DNA of 56,470 nt from NCBI GenBank assembly GCA_038748895.1, contig JBCDIN010000001.1:1-56470 (forward strand). The letters are read 5' to 3'. Numbering within the stretch: the first letter of the stretch is position 1; every line of letters begins with the position of its first letter. The notes beneath the pieces were generated by a model, which saw only the letters and a list, made by a program, of their open reading frames with translations, was not told the DNA's origin and searched no databases. A program made the position numbers and the translations under genes. Positions 43,641 to 55,650 of this stretch are shown in pieces. Source of the stretch: Verrucomicrobiota bacterium (GTDB lineage Bacteria; Verrucomicrobiota; Verrucomicrobiia; Opitutales; Coraliomargaritaceae).

Positions 43641-45226
43641 ATGACTTGGATTTTTTGATTTGGCTTGGTGGCATCGACCTGCAACTCAACCTCTACAGTT
43701 CTGTAGCCGCTGCGTGTCCCTTTCACAGTATAGACATCAGGAAAAAGCGAAAGCTCCTTATCCCTGAAACGCTCTGGCGCGAAGACGCGGATAATGCTCA
43801 CATAGGTGCGCTTGTCGGAAACGATCACCACCGGAGTTTCCACACTCTGCTCTTCAATTTTCTCGCGAATACGGTCTTCCTCAGCTTGCTGGGAAGGCGG
43901 CACATTATTTGGACGTGCGGCCATCGCATCGTTAAAGAACTTAGCAGCTAGCGGGTAGCGACCTTCTTTTATATACTTATCCGCATTGGCTAAATTCTGG
44001 TCGTAACGAATATTGGCGAGGTAGAGACTAGAGGCTTTTTCGTAGCCGGTTCGCGCTTCTTTTGAATCCGGCTCCAGCGAAACCGCTTCCTTGTAGAGAT
44101 CGCGGGCAGCACTGTAGCGACCTGCCTTCAGCGCATTGAATCCGTTCTCAAGCAGCTGCTCGAGCCGGGCAACTTTCTGCTTTTCTTTCAGATCGCCAAT
44201 CCGCTCTTGGAGCTGGGCAGAAGCTCGCAAGGCAACCGCTTTCTCGAGTGCCAGAATCGCCTCATCAAAATTACCAGCGGCCTCCAACGAGTCTGCTTGA
44301 GCAATCAGCTCGCCGATATCACGGTCCAGGATCTTTTCTGCCAATTGCTCGCGCTGTTTACGAATGAACGCATTATCCGGATTCGATGCGATCAGTGCGT
44401 CGATTTGCTTGAGAGCAGCATCAAGCTCACCTTTTTCTTCAAGAGCCCGGATTGCTTTTATCTCATCAGCGATCCCTTCAATCGCTGTCAGCATAGCGAG
44501 CCCTTCCGTTGCTTCGGTGTTTGCTGAATCAATCTTCAATACCTCTTCATAGGCGGCGCGGGCAGCGGCGAGCTTATCGTCGGCAAGTGAAGCTTCCGCA
44601 CTTTCGAGTAAATTGGCGATCTGCTGTATCGACCGCGCCTCGAGATCACCGAGGATCGCACTGACCAGTTCAAACTTATCGATACTATCTTGGAACTCTC
44701 CAAGATTAAGCGCATTAAGCCCGGCATTATAGGTCTCCACTGCTTCACGGTAGGTCTTTTCAAAAGCACCTTTCAAATAGTCCTGCTTCTGCAATTCAGC
44801 GTAGGTGCTCTCGTTCAATGACCGCGCTTGATCTGCCAGCGCCAGCATCTTGAGTTGCGCTTCTGCACTCGCAATAATCCCCTTCAATAGACTTTCCGCA
44901 CGCTCCGTTTTTCTCCTGGAAATCGCATCCTGGGCACGCTGCATCTCGCTGTTCAAGCCAGCAACAAAATCGAGAGAGACATCGCCCCTTCGAACTGCGT
45001 CAGCGATTTCGCCATCAAGTAACTCCTTGGCGCGATCCTCTAATTGGCGTAGGTCAAAGTCCGCCAAAGAGCCGGACCCAGGCTGCGAGACAGCAGCCGG
45101 CTCGAGACCATCAGCCGAAGACCCGCCACCGGCGAACTTTGAAAGAAAAAGGATCAACAAGGGCAGAATAATCAAACCCGCGAGAACCGCAGCGACAATG
45201 ATGACAGGTTTTTTGCTTTGAGACAT
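43622..45226 (-). CDS. Membrane-anchored TPR-repeat protein with beta-rich C-terminal domain
   Basis: 534 aa with an N-terminal TM helix (VIIVAAVLAGLIILPLLILFL). It has multiple TPR-like A/L/Y/E-rich helical pairs (AARAAYEEVLKIDSANTEA, YSAARDLYKEAVSLEPDSKEA, YPLAAKFFNDAMAARPNN). The C-terminal ~80 aa is PEGA-like (LFPDVYTVKGTRSGYRTVEVELQV). Confidence 0.8.
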   Translation of the reverse strand: MSQSKKPVIIVAAVLAGLIILPLLILFLSKFAGGGSSADGLEPAAVSQPGSGSLADFDLRQLEDRAKELLDGEIADAVRRGDVSLDFVAGLNSEMQRAQDAISRRKTERAESLLKGIIASAEAQLKMLALADQARSLNESTYAELQKQDYLKGAFEKTYREAVETYNAGLNALNLGEFQDSIDKFELVSAILGDLEARSIQQIANLLESAEASLADDKLAAARAAYEEVLKIDSANTEATEGLAMLTAIEGIADEIKAIRALEEKGELDAALKQIDALIASNPDNAFIRKQREQLAEKILDRDIGELIAQADSLEAAGNFDEAILALEKAVALRASAQLQERIGDLKEKQKVARLEQLLENGFNALKAGRYSAARDLYKEAVSLEPDSKEARTGYEKASSLYLANIRYDQNLANADKYIKEGRYPLAAKFFNDAMAARPNNVPPSQQAEEDRIREKIEEQSVETPVVIVSDKRTYVSIIRVFAPERFRDKELSLFPDVYTVKGTRSGYRTVEVELQVDATKPNQKIQVICTEKL

Positions 45227-45347
45227 AGCTATTGCGAAGACAAATCACCGCCTAAATCGGTTCAAATCGCGAGCGAAAATATCTTCCAGCTAGCTGTTCC
45301 GCTTTGGCTTGCATGGGAGTTCAAAAAATCCAGCCTTTCGAGAATTT

Positions 45348-48300
45348 ATGCCAAAACGCTCCGATATCGAGACTATCCTAATCATTGGTTCAGGCCCTAT
45401 TATCATTGGTCAAGCCTGCGAGTTTGACTATTCAGGCACTCAGGCTTGCAAGGCGCTACGCGAAGAAGGCTACAAGGTCGTCCTGGTAAACAGTAACCCG
45501 GCAACGATCATGACCGATCCGGAATTTGCCGATGTTACTTATATTGAGCCGCTTACTGTTGAGGCATTGGAAAAGATAATCGCCAAAGAACGTCCTCAGG
45601 CCCTTCTACCTACTTTGGGCGGACAAACTGGCCTCAACCTTTCCATGGATCTAAATTCGGCCGGTATTCTTGAAAAATACGGGGTTGAAATGATCGGCGC
45701 GAAACCGGAAGCGATCGAAAAAGGCGAAGCCCGTGATGTTTTCAAGCAGGCCATGCTCAAGATCGGCTTGGACGTCGCACGATCCGAAACAGTCAATACG
45801 CTCTCGGACGCCCTCAAAGCGGCCGACGAAGTCATCGGGGACTTCCCGATTATCATTCGCCCCAGTTTTACTTTGGGTGGCTCCGGTGGTGGCATCGCTT
45901 ACAACCGCGAAGAATATGAAAAAATGGTCCTGGCAGGATTGGAAATGTCCCCCACCACGGAGGTTCTTGTCGAAGAATGCCTGCTGGGCTGGAAAGAATA
46001 CGAGATGGAGGTCATGCGCGATCACAAGGATCAGTGCGTCGTTATTTGCTCGATCGAGAACTTTGACCCTATGGGGGTACACACCGGAGACTCCATTACG
46101 ATTGCCCCGGCCATGACACTGACAGACAAGGAGTATCAACTCATGCGGGATGCCTCCTTTGCCTGTATCCGAGAAGTCGGCGTGGAAACCGGGGGGAGTA
46201 ATATCCAGTTCTCCGTTAACCCAAAGAACGGCCGCATGGTCGTTATCGAGATGAATCCCCGCGTCTCCCGCAGCTCCGCCCTCGCTTCAAAGGCAACAGG
46301 ATTCCCAATCGCAAAGATCGCCGCCAAGCTCGCAGTCGGTTACAGCCTCGACGAACTGCAAAATGATATCACTCGCGAGACGCCAGCCAGTTTCGAGCCG
46401 ACGATTGATTACGTTGTTACGAAAATCCCCCGATTTACTTTCGAGAAATTTCCCGGAGCTGACTCTACCCTCACCTCCGCTATGAAATCCGTGGGTGAAG
46501 CCATGGCTATTGGGCGCACATTCAAGGAATCTTTTCAAAAGGCTCTGCGCTCACTTGAGATCGGGGCCAAGGGCTTTGTCGGGCCAGATAAATTTGTCGA
46601 ACGTATCGACGATATCGTCCAGGTCAGGGATGGAATTAGCGTCCCAACCGCAGAGCGCGTATTCTGGCTACGCCAAGGTTTCCTCAATGGCCTTTCAATC
46701 GAGGAAATCTTCGAGTTATCGAGTATTGACCGGTGGTTCCTTGTTCAACTGGAGCAGCTCGTTCAGATTGAACAGACGCTCCGCAAGACCAGTCTCGCCA
46801 AGCTCGATCACGAACTCATGAAGACAGCCAAGGAGGCTGGGTTTAGCGACGCACTGATATCCGAGCTCGTCGGCTCGAACCGTCAGGCAGTTCGCAAACG
46901 CCGGGAGAAGCTCGAAGTGATGACTAACTATCGCCTCGTCGATACCTGCGCAGCTGAATTCGAGGCTTTTACGCCCTATTATTATTCTTCCTATGGCGCG
47001 GAGAACGAAATCAAGAAGACCGAGAATAAGAAGATCATGATCCTCGGTGGCGGGCCCAACCGTATCGGCCAAGGCATTGAGTTCGACTACTGCTGTGTTC
47101 ACGCCTCCTTCGCACTCCGTGAGGCTGGTTACGAAACTGTGATGGTGAACTCAAACCCCGAGACTGTCTCTACAGACTACGATACTTCTGATAAACTCTT
47201 CTTCGAACCACTTACCCTCGAAGATGTTCTCGAAATCTACTTCCAGGAGGAATGCTCGGGCGCGATCGTCCAATTCGGCGGGCAGACACCGCTCAATCTC
47301 GCAAGTGAATTAGAAGCGCATGGTGTCAATATCATCGGCACATCCCCTTCGATGATAGATACGGCCGAAGACCGGAATCTCTTCCGCAATATTCTCGACC
47401 GAATTGACCTGAAGCAGCCAAAGAATCGAATCGCACACTCTCAAGAGCAGGCTTACGAACTCGCGGGCGAAATCGGCTTCCCCATCCTGCTTCGCCCATC
47501 CTTTGTTCTCGGCGGCCGCGGTATGTTCATCGTCTACGACATGGAGGAGATGAAGAAAATCATCCGGACCGTTTTTGATGCGGCGCCGGGTAAACCAGTC
47601 CTCCTGGACCAATTCCTTGAAAACGCCTACGAGCTCGATGTCGATTGCATCTCGGATGGAGAGACGACCGTGATCGGCGGAATTTTACAGCATGTCGAAT
47701 TTGCCGGCGTCCATTCAGGCGATGCAGCCATGGTCATGCCGCCCCATACCATTGATGATGCCATGCTGGAGGAAGTGCACCGAGCAACAAACAATTTAGC
47801 TAAGGAACTCGAGGTCGTTGGCCTGATGAACGTGCAGTATGCGATCAAGGACAACCAACTTTACATCATCGAAGTAAATCCACGTGCCTCACGCACGATT
47901 CCTTTTGTCTCTAAAGCAATCGGCGTTCCGCTGGCTAAGCTGGCCGCCCGCGTTATGGCCGGGGAAACGCTCAAAGATCTCGGCTTTACCAAAGAAATCA
48001 TTCCGCCCTACTGGGCCGTTAAAGAATCCGTCTTCCCCTTTGGCCGTTTCCCGGGAGCACCCATCATGCTTAGCCCTGAAATGCGTAGCACAGGAGAAGT
48101 TATGGGGCTGGACCGCGATCTCGGAGTCGCTTTCGCGAAGACTCAAATGGCGGCAAAGCCCGGACTGCCCGACTCAGGTGATGCCTTTATCAGCGTGAAA
48201 GATGCAGACAAAGATCGAGCGATCGAAATCGCTCGCGGACTCAGAGATCTAGGCTTTGGCATCATAGCTACTGCAGGCACCGGTCGCGTGCTCACAGCAG

Positions 48301-48584
48301 GTGGGATCGAAGTCAAAAATGTCTACCGTCTGAGCGAAGGGCGACCCAATGTGATCGACCTTATTAAAAACAACAAAGTTTCTCTAATCATTAATACTCC
48401 CGAAGGAACCGTCCCGAGGATGAATGAAAATCAGATTCGGGCAGAAGCCGTGAAGCACAACGTCTGCATTATGACCACAATCTCCGCTGCCTCAGCGGCA
48501 GTTGATGGGATCCGTTCGATCCGGGAGAAGGGCTTCGAGATCCGCTCAATCCAGAGTTATAGTCAGGAAGCTAATCCCTCGTAA
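45348..48584 (+). CDS. carB: Carbamoyl-phosphate synthase large subunit
   Basis: [37 protein letters not shown], followed by a duplicated ATP-grasp half ([25 protein letters not shown]) and a C-terminal MGS-like domain. The ATG at 45348 is preferred over the TTG at 45309. Confidence 0.97.
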   Translation: MPKRSDIETILIIGSGPIIIGQACEFDYSGTQACKALREEGYKVVLVNSNPATIMTDPEFADVTYIEPLTVEALEKIIAKERPQALLPTLGGQTGLNLSMDLNSAGILEKYGVEMIGAKPEAIEKGEARDVFKQAMLKIGLDVARSETVNTLSDALKAADEVIGDFPIIIRPSFTLGGSGGGIAYNREEYEKMVLAGLEMSPTTEVLVEECLLGWKEYEMEVMRDHKDQCVVICSIENFDPMGVHTGDSITIAPAMTLTDKEYQLMRDASFACIREVGVETGGSNIQFSVNPKNGRMVVIEMNPRVSRSSALASKATGFPIAKIAAKLAVGYSLDELQNDITRETPASFEPTIDYVVTKIPRFTFEKFPGADSTLTSAMKSVGEAMAIGRTFKESFQKALRSLEIGAKGFVGPDKFVERIDDIVQVRDGISVPTAERVFWLRQGFLNGLSIEEIFELSSIDRWFLVQLEQLVQIEQTLRKTSLAKLDHELMKTAKEAGFSDALISELVGSNRQAVRKRREKLEVMTNYRLVDTCAAEFEAFTPYYYSSYGAENEIKKTENKKIMILGGGPNRIGQGIEFDYCCVHASFALREAGYETVMVNSNPETVSTDYDTSDKLFFEPLTLEDVLEIYFQEECSGAIVQFGGQTPLNLASELEAHGVNIIGTSPSMIDTAEDRNLFRNILDRIDLKQPKNRIAHSQEQAYELAGEIGFPILLRPSFVLGGRGMFIVYDMEEMKKIIRTVFDAAPGKPVLLDQFLENAYELDVDCISDGETTVIGGILQHVEFAGVHSGDAAMVMPPHTIDDAMLEEVHRATNNLAKELEVVGLMNVQYAIKDNQLYIIEVNPRASRTIPFVSKAIGVPLAKLAARVMAGETLKDLGFTKEIIPPYWAVKESVFPFGRFPGAPIMLSPEMRSTGEVMGLDRDLGVAFAKTQMAAKPGLPDSGDAFISVKDADKDRAIEIARGLRDLGFGIIATAGTGRVLTAGGIEVKNVYRLSEGRPNVIDLIKNNKVSLIINTPEGTVPRMNENQIRAEAVKHNVCIMTTISAASAAVDGIRSIREKGFEIRSIQSYSQEANPS

Positions 48585-48586
48585 AC

Positions 48587-49444
48587 GTGGCCGAGAAAGA
48601 AAATACTATCATCGGGCTTCTCTACGGCCCCGATCAACCAGGACTCGTCGCTAAAGTCTCGAATTGGATCTACCAACGCGACGGCAACATCTTTCACGCC
48701 GACCAACATAAAGATCCCGAAGCAAATATCTTCTTCCAACGGGTCGAATGGTCAGCGATCGGAGACCCCGCAAGCGAAGCCGCAGATTTTGAGCAATTCG
48801 TCTCCAACGATCTCGGCATGAATGTTCGCGTCGCCCTAACAACCGAAAAGCCGCGGGTGGCACTTTTTGTCTCCAAGATAGACCACTGCTTTCACGATAC
48901 CATCCTACGCTTTCGCTCAGGGGAGATGCCCGGCGAGATCGCCTGTGTGATTTCAAATCATCCAGATCTCAAGGAAGCGACCGAGAACTACGGTCTACCC
49001 TTCTATTACCTTCCGGTAACCAAAGAGACAAAAGCCGAAGTTGAGATGAAGCAGATCGAGATCCTGCAGAATCATGAGGCCTCTCTCGTCATAATGGCGC
49101 GCTACATGCAGATACTCTCCGAGAAATTTCTCGAGAACGTTGGCTGCCCGGTGATTAATATTCACCACTCGTTTCTGCCAGCATTTGCTGGGGGGAAGCC
49201 CTATCACCAAGCCTACCTACGTGGGGTTAAACTTATCGGAGCAACCGCTCATTACGCAACGCCCGACCTTGACGAAGGCCCAATCATCCACCAAGACGTC
49301 ACTCGAATTAATCACCGCAACACAATCCCAGATCTAATCCGAAAAGGCAAAGACCTCGAAAAATCCGTCTTCGCTCAAGCGATCCGCCTCCACCTCAGTA
49401 ACCGAATTCTCGTTTATAATAACAAGACCGTCGTCTTCGATTAA
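48587..49444 (+). CDS. purU: Formyltetrahydrofolate deformylase
   Basis: N-terminal ACT-like segment (GLLYGPDQPGLVAKVSNWI) plus a formyltransferase core (INIHHSFLPAFAGGKPYHQAYLRGVKLIGATAHYATPDLDEGPII). Confidence 0.93.
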   Translation: MAEKENTIIGLLYGPDQPGLVAKVSNWIYQRDGNIFHADQHKDPEANIFFQRVEWSAIGDPASEAADFEQFVSNDLGMNVRVALTTEKPRVALFVSKIDHCFHDTILRFRSGEMPGEIACVISNHPDLKEATENYGLPFYYLPVTKETKAEVEMKQIEILQNHEASLVIMARYMQILSEKFLENVGCPVINIHHSFLPAFAGGKPYHQAYLRGVKLIGATAHYATPDLDEGPIIHQDVTRINHRNTIPDLIRKGKDLEKSVFAQAIRLHLSNRILVYNNKTVVFD

Positions 49445-49480
49445 GTCGATCCGTCTTAATCTCTATTCACCACTCTTGAA

Positions 49481-50164
49481 ATGAATCGCCCAAAAAAAAG
49501 CAAAGCCAGCAATCCTCTGCTTCCAGAAGATAAACAAGTCGATGAACGTAATTTGATCGATGTCGAGGAGGCAGTTGAGCTCTCTTTCGAGGAGCGCATC
49601 CATATGTATTGGATGGAGAATAAAGCATTCGTCTCAGGCTGTGTCATCGCAGTAGCCGGAGCCATCATCGCCTTTAATGTCATGGGCATGCTCAGAAATA
49701 GTTCAGTTGCCAAATTGCAAGCCAGCTACTCCCAAGCAATTGCTGATGAATCCCTTGAAGATTTCGCAAAGAATAACACAAATAAAGAGCTCGGAGGCTT
49801 CGCTGCACTTCGCGCGGCAGACACTGCTTTCGGTGCAGAAGACTTTCCCAAAGCAGCCGAACTCTACCAACTCGCCGCGGAAGCGCTCGAAAATCCCCTC
49901 CTTGCCGGCCGCGCCAAGCTCGGCCACGCGTTTGCCTTGCACGCTTCCGGTTCCGAAGAGGCAGGCCTCTCTGCGCTGAATACACTCGCCGCGGATAGCT
50001 CCCTTCCCGAATCGATCCGCGTCGAAGCAGCCTATCATCTGGCGATTGATGCCGATGTCGCTGGAAATACCGAAACCTATGAAAGCTATGCCGCCCAGAT
50101 CCAGAACGCGGAAATCGCAGGGGCCTGGCGTCAACGCCTCGATCAATACGCACAGAGACGTTAG
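49481..50164 (+). CDS. Membrane-anchored TPR-like protein (YfgM-like architecture)
   Basis: 227 aa with a charged N-terminus, one TM helix (FVSGCVIAVAGAIIAFNVMGML) and then an Ala-rich helical-repeat domain. The opposite-strand ORFs here lack any such organisation. Confidence 0.65.
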   Translation: MNRPKKSKASNPLLPEDKQVDERNLIDVEEAVELSFEERIHMYWMENKAFVSGCVIAVAGAIIAFNVMGMLRNSSVAKLQASYSQAIADESLEDFAKNNTNKELGGFAALRAADTAFGAEDFPKAAELYQLAAEALENPLLAGRAKLGHAFALHASGSEEAGLSALNTLAADSSLPESIRVEAAYHLAIDADVAGNTETYESYAAQIQNAEIAGAWRQRLDQYAQRR

Positions 50165-50318
50165 CCTTAGCCACGCCATTGCTGGCGACCAAAAGGCCTC
50201 GATTAAAATGCGTTCCACGCCGTGGGGAATCATTGACAGCGCTTAGACTTCCCACACAAGAGTCAGGCGTTTTGCACAGTTATGCATTTATGGCTTCTGA
50301 GCCGCACCACAAAACTAA

Positions 50319-51647
<1,329 letters not shown>

Positions 51648-51670
51648 TACAAAGCTACAGACAATTTCTC

Positions 51671-51700
51671 AAAGCCCGGCCTCATGGTCGGGCTTTTTAT
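51671..51700 (+). terminator. Rho-independent terminator after eno
   Basis: The stem pairs AAAGCCCGGC with GTCGGGCTTT (10 bp, one G-T pair). The loop is ctcatg. A TTTTT-containing tail follows. Confidence 0.75.
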
Positions 51701-51774
51701 ATTGTAATCGCTGAGATCACCTGAATCCGCGGTTTGACATCTAATTTGAATGACCTTGTCTCTATGTAGTAGCT

Positions 51775-52194
51775 ATGAGCTTAGCAGAAAAACAATCGAG
51801 CCTCGTCGAGGAAATTACCCTTATCCCCGATGCGTACGAACGCCTCGGCTACATTGTGGAACGTGGAAAGAACGCGCCCGGACTGACCGACGACCTTCGT
51901 ATCGATAGCTTCAAAATAGAAGGCTGCATGTCGCAACTCTGGGTCGTACCGGAATTTAAGCAAGGTCTCTGCTACTTTCGTTCCGAGTCTGATTCCGCAA
52001 TTGTCAAAGGCATCGCCAGCTTGCTCTGTGATTTCTACAGCGAAGCAAAGCCTGATGAAATCATCGCTGAAGACGCGAGCTTTCTTGGCGAAGTGGGCAT
52101 TACGCAGCACTTATCGCCAAATCGTCGCAATGGGCTCAGTCGTATCGTCGAGTCAATTCAGCGGTTCGCTCAGTCCTGCTTAACAGAATCATAA
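51775..52194 (+). CDS. sufE: SufE-like cysteine desulfuration (sulfur acceptor) protein
   Basis: 139 aa with IPDAYERLGYIVERGK and the active-site context KIEGCMSQLWV. Confidence 0.88.
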   Translation: MSLAEKQSSLVEEITLIPDAYERLGYIVERGKNAPGLTDDLRIDSFKIEGCMSQLWVVPEFKQGLCYFRSESDSAIVKGIASLLCDFYSEAKPDEIIAEDASFLGEVGITQHLSPNRRNGLSRIVESIQRFAQSCLTES

Positions 52195-53945
52195 ATCAAC
52201 GCGGCTCGGATATCAGCCAAGGTACGGACGTCGGACTTCCGGTCAGTTCTGATCTCCAGGACACGGACTCCCTGTTCAGGAAGAGAGCCAATTTGATTAG
52301 TAAACGTATCCCAATCCTGGATACGATCATATAAAATCGAGTGCGCCGAACAAAGAGCCTCAAGATCAACTGCCTGCGGCGTTGCAAAGAACTCCTCAAA
52401 GGTCGAAGCATTTTCTGCCACTGGCAGATGCTCAAAAATACCACCACCAATGTTGTTTATTAGGATGACCGTTAAAGACCCGCGTAGCTTTGGTTGAATC
52501 AGCAGTGCATTACTGTCGTGCAAGAAGGCTAAGTCCCCCGTTAGCAGCACTGTAGGTTGACCACCATGCGCGACTCCCAATGCCGTGCCCAAAGTACCAT
52601 CAATTCCATTCGCCCCGCGGTTAGAATAAATAGAATGGGCTCTGTCGCCAGCCCGCCAAAACCACTCCGCGTAGCGCACACTCATGCTGCTGGCGAGAAA
52701 GACCGCGCTTTTCTCCGGTAAATGCTTCGACAAAAGAAAGGAAGCCTTACCCTCAAAAAGATCTTCAGTTGATTCGAGTGACTCACGAATGAGTTGATCC
52801 GTTTCCCGCTCGGTTTGATCCCAAAGCTCAAGCCAGGCAGGATCGTTTTTCATGTTGGGGAGACATTCGGCTAAAGCCGACGCTTTCCCTAATAAAGGCG
52901 CTGCCACACGATGCAACGGATCTGTATTCATCGGCCGCTCCGATAAAAGAAAAGAGACCGGATCTACAACAGCAAGCCATTGGCGGAGGACTTTGCTAGT
53001 TGGTAAAGGGCCAATCTGGAGGATCGCCGTCGGCTTCAAATCCTTCGTCTTGGCAGGGACTCTCAAAAAGCTGTCATAATTTATAATCAAAGAGTCGAAG
53101 TTCTGTCCTCGGAGTGGATTTAGAACATCGCTCAACACAGGCCATCCCAATTTATCTGAAATTAGTTTTATAGCTTCAGTAAAAGCAGCATCTGAATCGT
53201 TCGGGTTGATGTCACCGACAACAATCAATCCATGCTGATGGCTCCCAAGACGTTCAAGGGCGACAGTATCAAAGCTACCGCTTGTCTTTTCAGACTCGCA
53301 GGGACGAGTCACCACTGTCGCAGCCGTCTCCAAGGCCTCAACCGCGATCACAGGATCAACGTCCAATTCAGGCGCTAGGGGATCACGAAATGGAAAATTC
53401 AAATGAACCGGACCGGGGTTTCCATCCAAAGAGCGAGCCACTGCATGGACCAGCGTCTGTCGCAAAAAAGCTAAAATAGACGGTTCCACTTCGGGCAAAG
53501 TCAGCTCTGCAAACAGTCGAACATAGTTACCATAGAGCTTGGTTTGATCAATCGTCTGCCCCGAAGCACAATCACGAAGCTCTGGCGGACGATCCGCTGT
53601 CAGCAGAAGCAGGGGAGTGCCACTCATTGATGCTTCCACAACTGCCGGAAAGTAATTGGCCGCCGCCGAGCCCGAAGTACAAATCAACGCTACGGGCTTG
53701 TGTGTTCGCTTAGCGAGTCCGAGTGCGAAAAAAGCTGCAGAGCGCTCATCCAGAACCGGGATCGCCTCAATCTTGGCGTTACGGGCGGCCGCAATCGTTA
53801 ACGGTGTCGAGCGTGAGCCCGGAGAGATCACGATCTTCTCCAAACCAAGACGAGCCAGCACTTCAATCGTTAACGCGCCCCAAGCTGAGTTCAGATTTGA
53901 ACGCGCCAGGGAGTCAAAAGGACTGGAATTGCTTTTATCTAACAT
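52170..53945 (-). CDS. menD: 2-succinyl-5-enolpyruvyl-6-hydroxy-3-cyclohexene-1-carboxylate synthase
   Basis: AWGALTIEVLARLGLEKIVISPGSRSTPL, DERSAAFFALGLAKRTHKPVALICTSGSAAANYFPAVVEA, LLLLTADRPPELRDCASGQTIDQ. ThDP C-terminal motif GANGIDGTL. Confidence 0.93.
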   Translation of the reverse strand: MLDKSNSSPFDSLARSNLNSAWGALTIEVLARLGLEKIVISPGSRSTPLTIAAARNAKIEAIPVLDERSAAFFALGLAKRTHKPVALICTSGSAAANYFPAVVEASMSGTPLLLLTADRPPELRDCASGQTIDQTKLYGNYVRLFAELTLPEVEPSILAFLRQTLVHAVARSLDGNPGPVHLNFPFRDPLAPELDVDPVIAVEALETAATVVTRPCESEKTSGSFDTVALERLGSHQHGLIVVGDINPNDSDAAFTEAIKLISDKLGWPVLSDVLNPLRGQNFDSLIINYDSFLRVPAKTKDLKPTAILQIGPLPTSKVLRQWLAVVDPVSFLLSERPMNTDPLHRVAAPLLGKASALAECLPNMKNDPAWLELWDQTERETDQLIRESLESTEDLFEGKASFLLSKHLPEKSAVFLASSMSVRYAEWFWRAGDRAHSIYSNRGANGIDGTLGTALGVAHGGQPTVLLTGDLAFLHDSNALLIQPKLRGSLTVILINNIGGGIFEHLPVAENASTFEEFFATPQAVDLEALCSAHSILYDRIQDWDTFTNQIGSLPEQGVRVLEIRTDRKSDVRTLADIRAALIYDSVKQD

Positions 53946-54008
53946 GATTTAACTACAAACCATTGAATCTGCTCTCAATCGAACGAATGACAACCACAGA
54001 GCCGCTAA

Positions 54009-54719
54009 TCACCGAGCTGCCGACTTCAAACGTTTCAGAAGCTGAAGAGAATTTGGTGAATCCGAATGCACACAAACCGTCTGCGCTCGTAAACTGATCT
54101 GAGCCCCATCCAGGCAAGGCATCTCCCCAGATTGCTGCCAATGCATGAACCGATCCACCGCATGATCAGCATCTTCAATTAACGCTCCCACCTCAGAGCG
54201 AGGAACGAGCGAGCCATTCTTATTGTAAGCTCGGTCTGCAAAAATCTCACCCATTACACTTCGGCCCATCGTCTCGGCCGTGTGCTGGCAGGCACCGCCC
54301 GCGAGGCAAAAGAGAACAAGATCAGGTCGCGATGCCATCCAATCAAACAAAGATGCTCGAAGCGCTGGGTCTTTCTCCACAACATGATAGAGCGCGCCAT
54401 GCAATTTAAGATGATGGACGCTTACCCCTAGCGAGGTCGCCAGTTGGAAAAACCCACCGACTTGAATCTCCAGCAATTCACCAAATCCTCCAGCATCGAT
54501 ATCAACACTTCCACGACCAGCTGCTTGAGATAGCCCCGGGTGAGCGCCGATTTTCACTCCCATTTTTTCTGCCAACTGTATCGTAAAGGCCGTTTTTTCA
54601 GGACTCCCGGCATGCACACCACAGCAGATATTTGCCGCATCAACCTCCGCCAGAAGCTCACCTGTCTGCGCATCGCTCTCGTTCTCCCCGAGATCACAAT
54701 TGATAATCAGGCCACCCAT
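54009..54719 (-). CDS. pxpA: 5-oxoprolinase subunit A (LamB/YcsF family)
   Basis: MGGLIINCDLGE from the ATG at 54719 (the ORF track starts at 54761), then NICCGVHAGSP and HLKLHGALY. Confidence 0.9.
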   Translation of the reverse strand: MGGLIINCDLGENESDAQTGELLAEVDAANICCGVHAGSPEKTAFTIQLAEKMGVKIGAHPGLSQAAGRGSVDIDAGGFGELLEIQVGGFFQLATSLGVSVHHLKLHGALYHVVEKDPALRASLFDWMASRPDLVLFCLAGGACQHTAETMGRSVMGEIFADRAYNKNGSLVPRSEVGALIEDADHAVDRFMHWQQSGEMPCLDGAQISLRAQTVCVHSDSPNSLQLLKRLKSAAR

Positions 54720-55564
54720 TGGAATGAAAGTTGGGCTCCGGGTGGACACTGGGCAAGCCAATCCAAATCCCTCTCTGGCAAGACCGCAAGCTTCGCATAA
54801 CCGCCCACCGTCGGACCATCCGCCATCGTAACAATCGGCTGCCCGCTACCTGTGATTTGGAAACTGCCCGGCAAGACAGGCTCGCTCGGGATCGAAGGAG
54901 GGATTTTCAAAAGTGGACCCTGCAAACGAAAGCCCGTCCGGTCCGATTGGGAAGAAACTGTCCATTTCGCACCGACCAGCTGAGCCCGCGTCGTAGGGTC
55001 AAAGGCTTCAAATTGTGGCCCCGGTAGAATTTTAAAACTTCGTTCCATTTCAAAAGCCCGCTGCTTAGCAAAGACATATTCCCTCCTTCCAATCCGCTCA
55101 AACGCATCCGGATGAAGGCGCTTTCCAGATTCAAGAAGGGAGCCTTTCTTGAGAGGCACTCCCAGTCCGTTGCGCAGATCTGTCGAGGCTGACCCAAACC
55201 ATTGATCGACCTGAAAACCTCCCGGCACTGCAAGATAGGCCCAGAGCCCGGAACGCCTCGAAGGAAATGTCAAAACACTCCCTTCCGGGACACACTCTGC
55301 AGACCACGGCGCGATGCGCCCCCCTAGATCAGCACCGGCAACGGCTATCCATGTATCTTCAAGCACCCGGAGCTTTTGACCCTGCATAAGCAGCTCCATG
55401 ACGGGTGCACTCGGCCGATTCCCAAGCAGCGCGTTCGCCACTCGCATTGAATATTGGTCCAATACGCCACCCGGAGGTACCCCAAAACGCCTCCAGCCAG
55501 GCCGTCCCGAGTCCTGAATCGAACAACCAACGCCAGTAGATAAAATTTCAAGACACGTGGACAT
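54707..55564 (-). CDS. pxpC: 5-oxoprolinase subunit C (KipA / allophanate hydrolase subunit 2 family)
   Basis: LEILSTGVGCSIQDSGRPGWRRFGVPPGGVLDQYSMRVANALLGN and a C-terminal GSGQPIVTMADGPTVGGYAK. Confidence 0.9.
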   Translation of the reverse strand: MSTCLEILSTGVGCSIQDSGRPGWRRFGVPPGGVLDQYSMRVANALLGNRPSAPVMELLMQGQKLRVLEDTWIAVAGADLGGRIAPWSAECVPEGSVLTFPSRRSGLWAYLAVPGGFQVDQWFGSASTDLRNGLGVPLKKGSLLESGKRLHPDAFERIGRREYVFAKQRAFEMERSFKILPGPQFEAFDPTTRAQLVGAKWTVSSQSDRTGFRLQGPLLKIPPSIPSEPVLPGSFQITGSGQPIVTMADGPTVGGYAKLAVLPERDLDWLAQCPPGAQLSFQWVA

Positions 55565-55650
55565 AACCTGTCTCCATTTTAGTCAGACTTTTGAACCGCT
55601 AAGAAGTAGAAAAAGCTCCGAAAAACTTCTGCATTGAGAGCTATCTTTTC

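Noticed and set aside
49692-50255. Two overlapping minus-strand ORFs (187 and 176 aa) opposite 49481..50164.
   Set aside because: The plus-strand product has a coherent layout (charged N-terminus, one TM helix, Ala-rich helical repeats) and fits the purU-to-eno gene direction. The minus-strand products are Arg-rich and lack structure.
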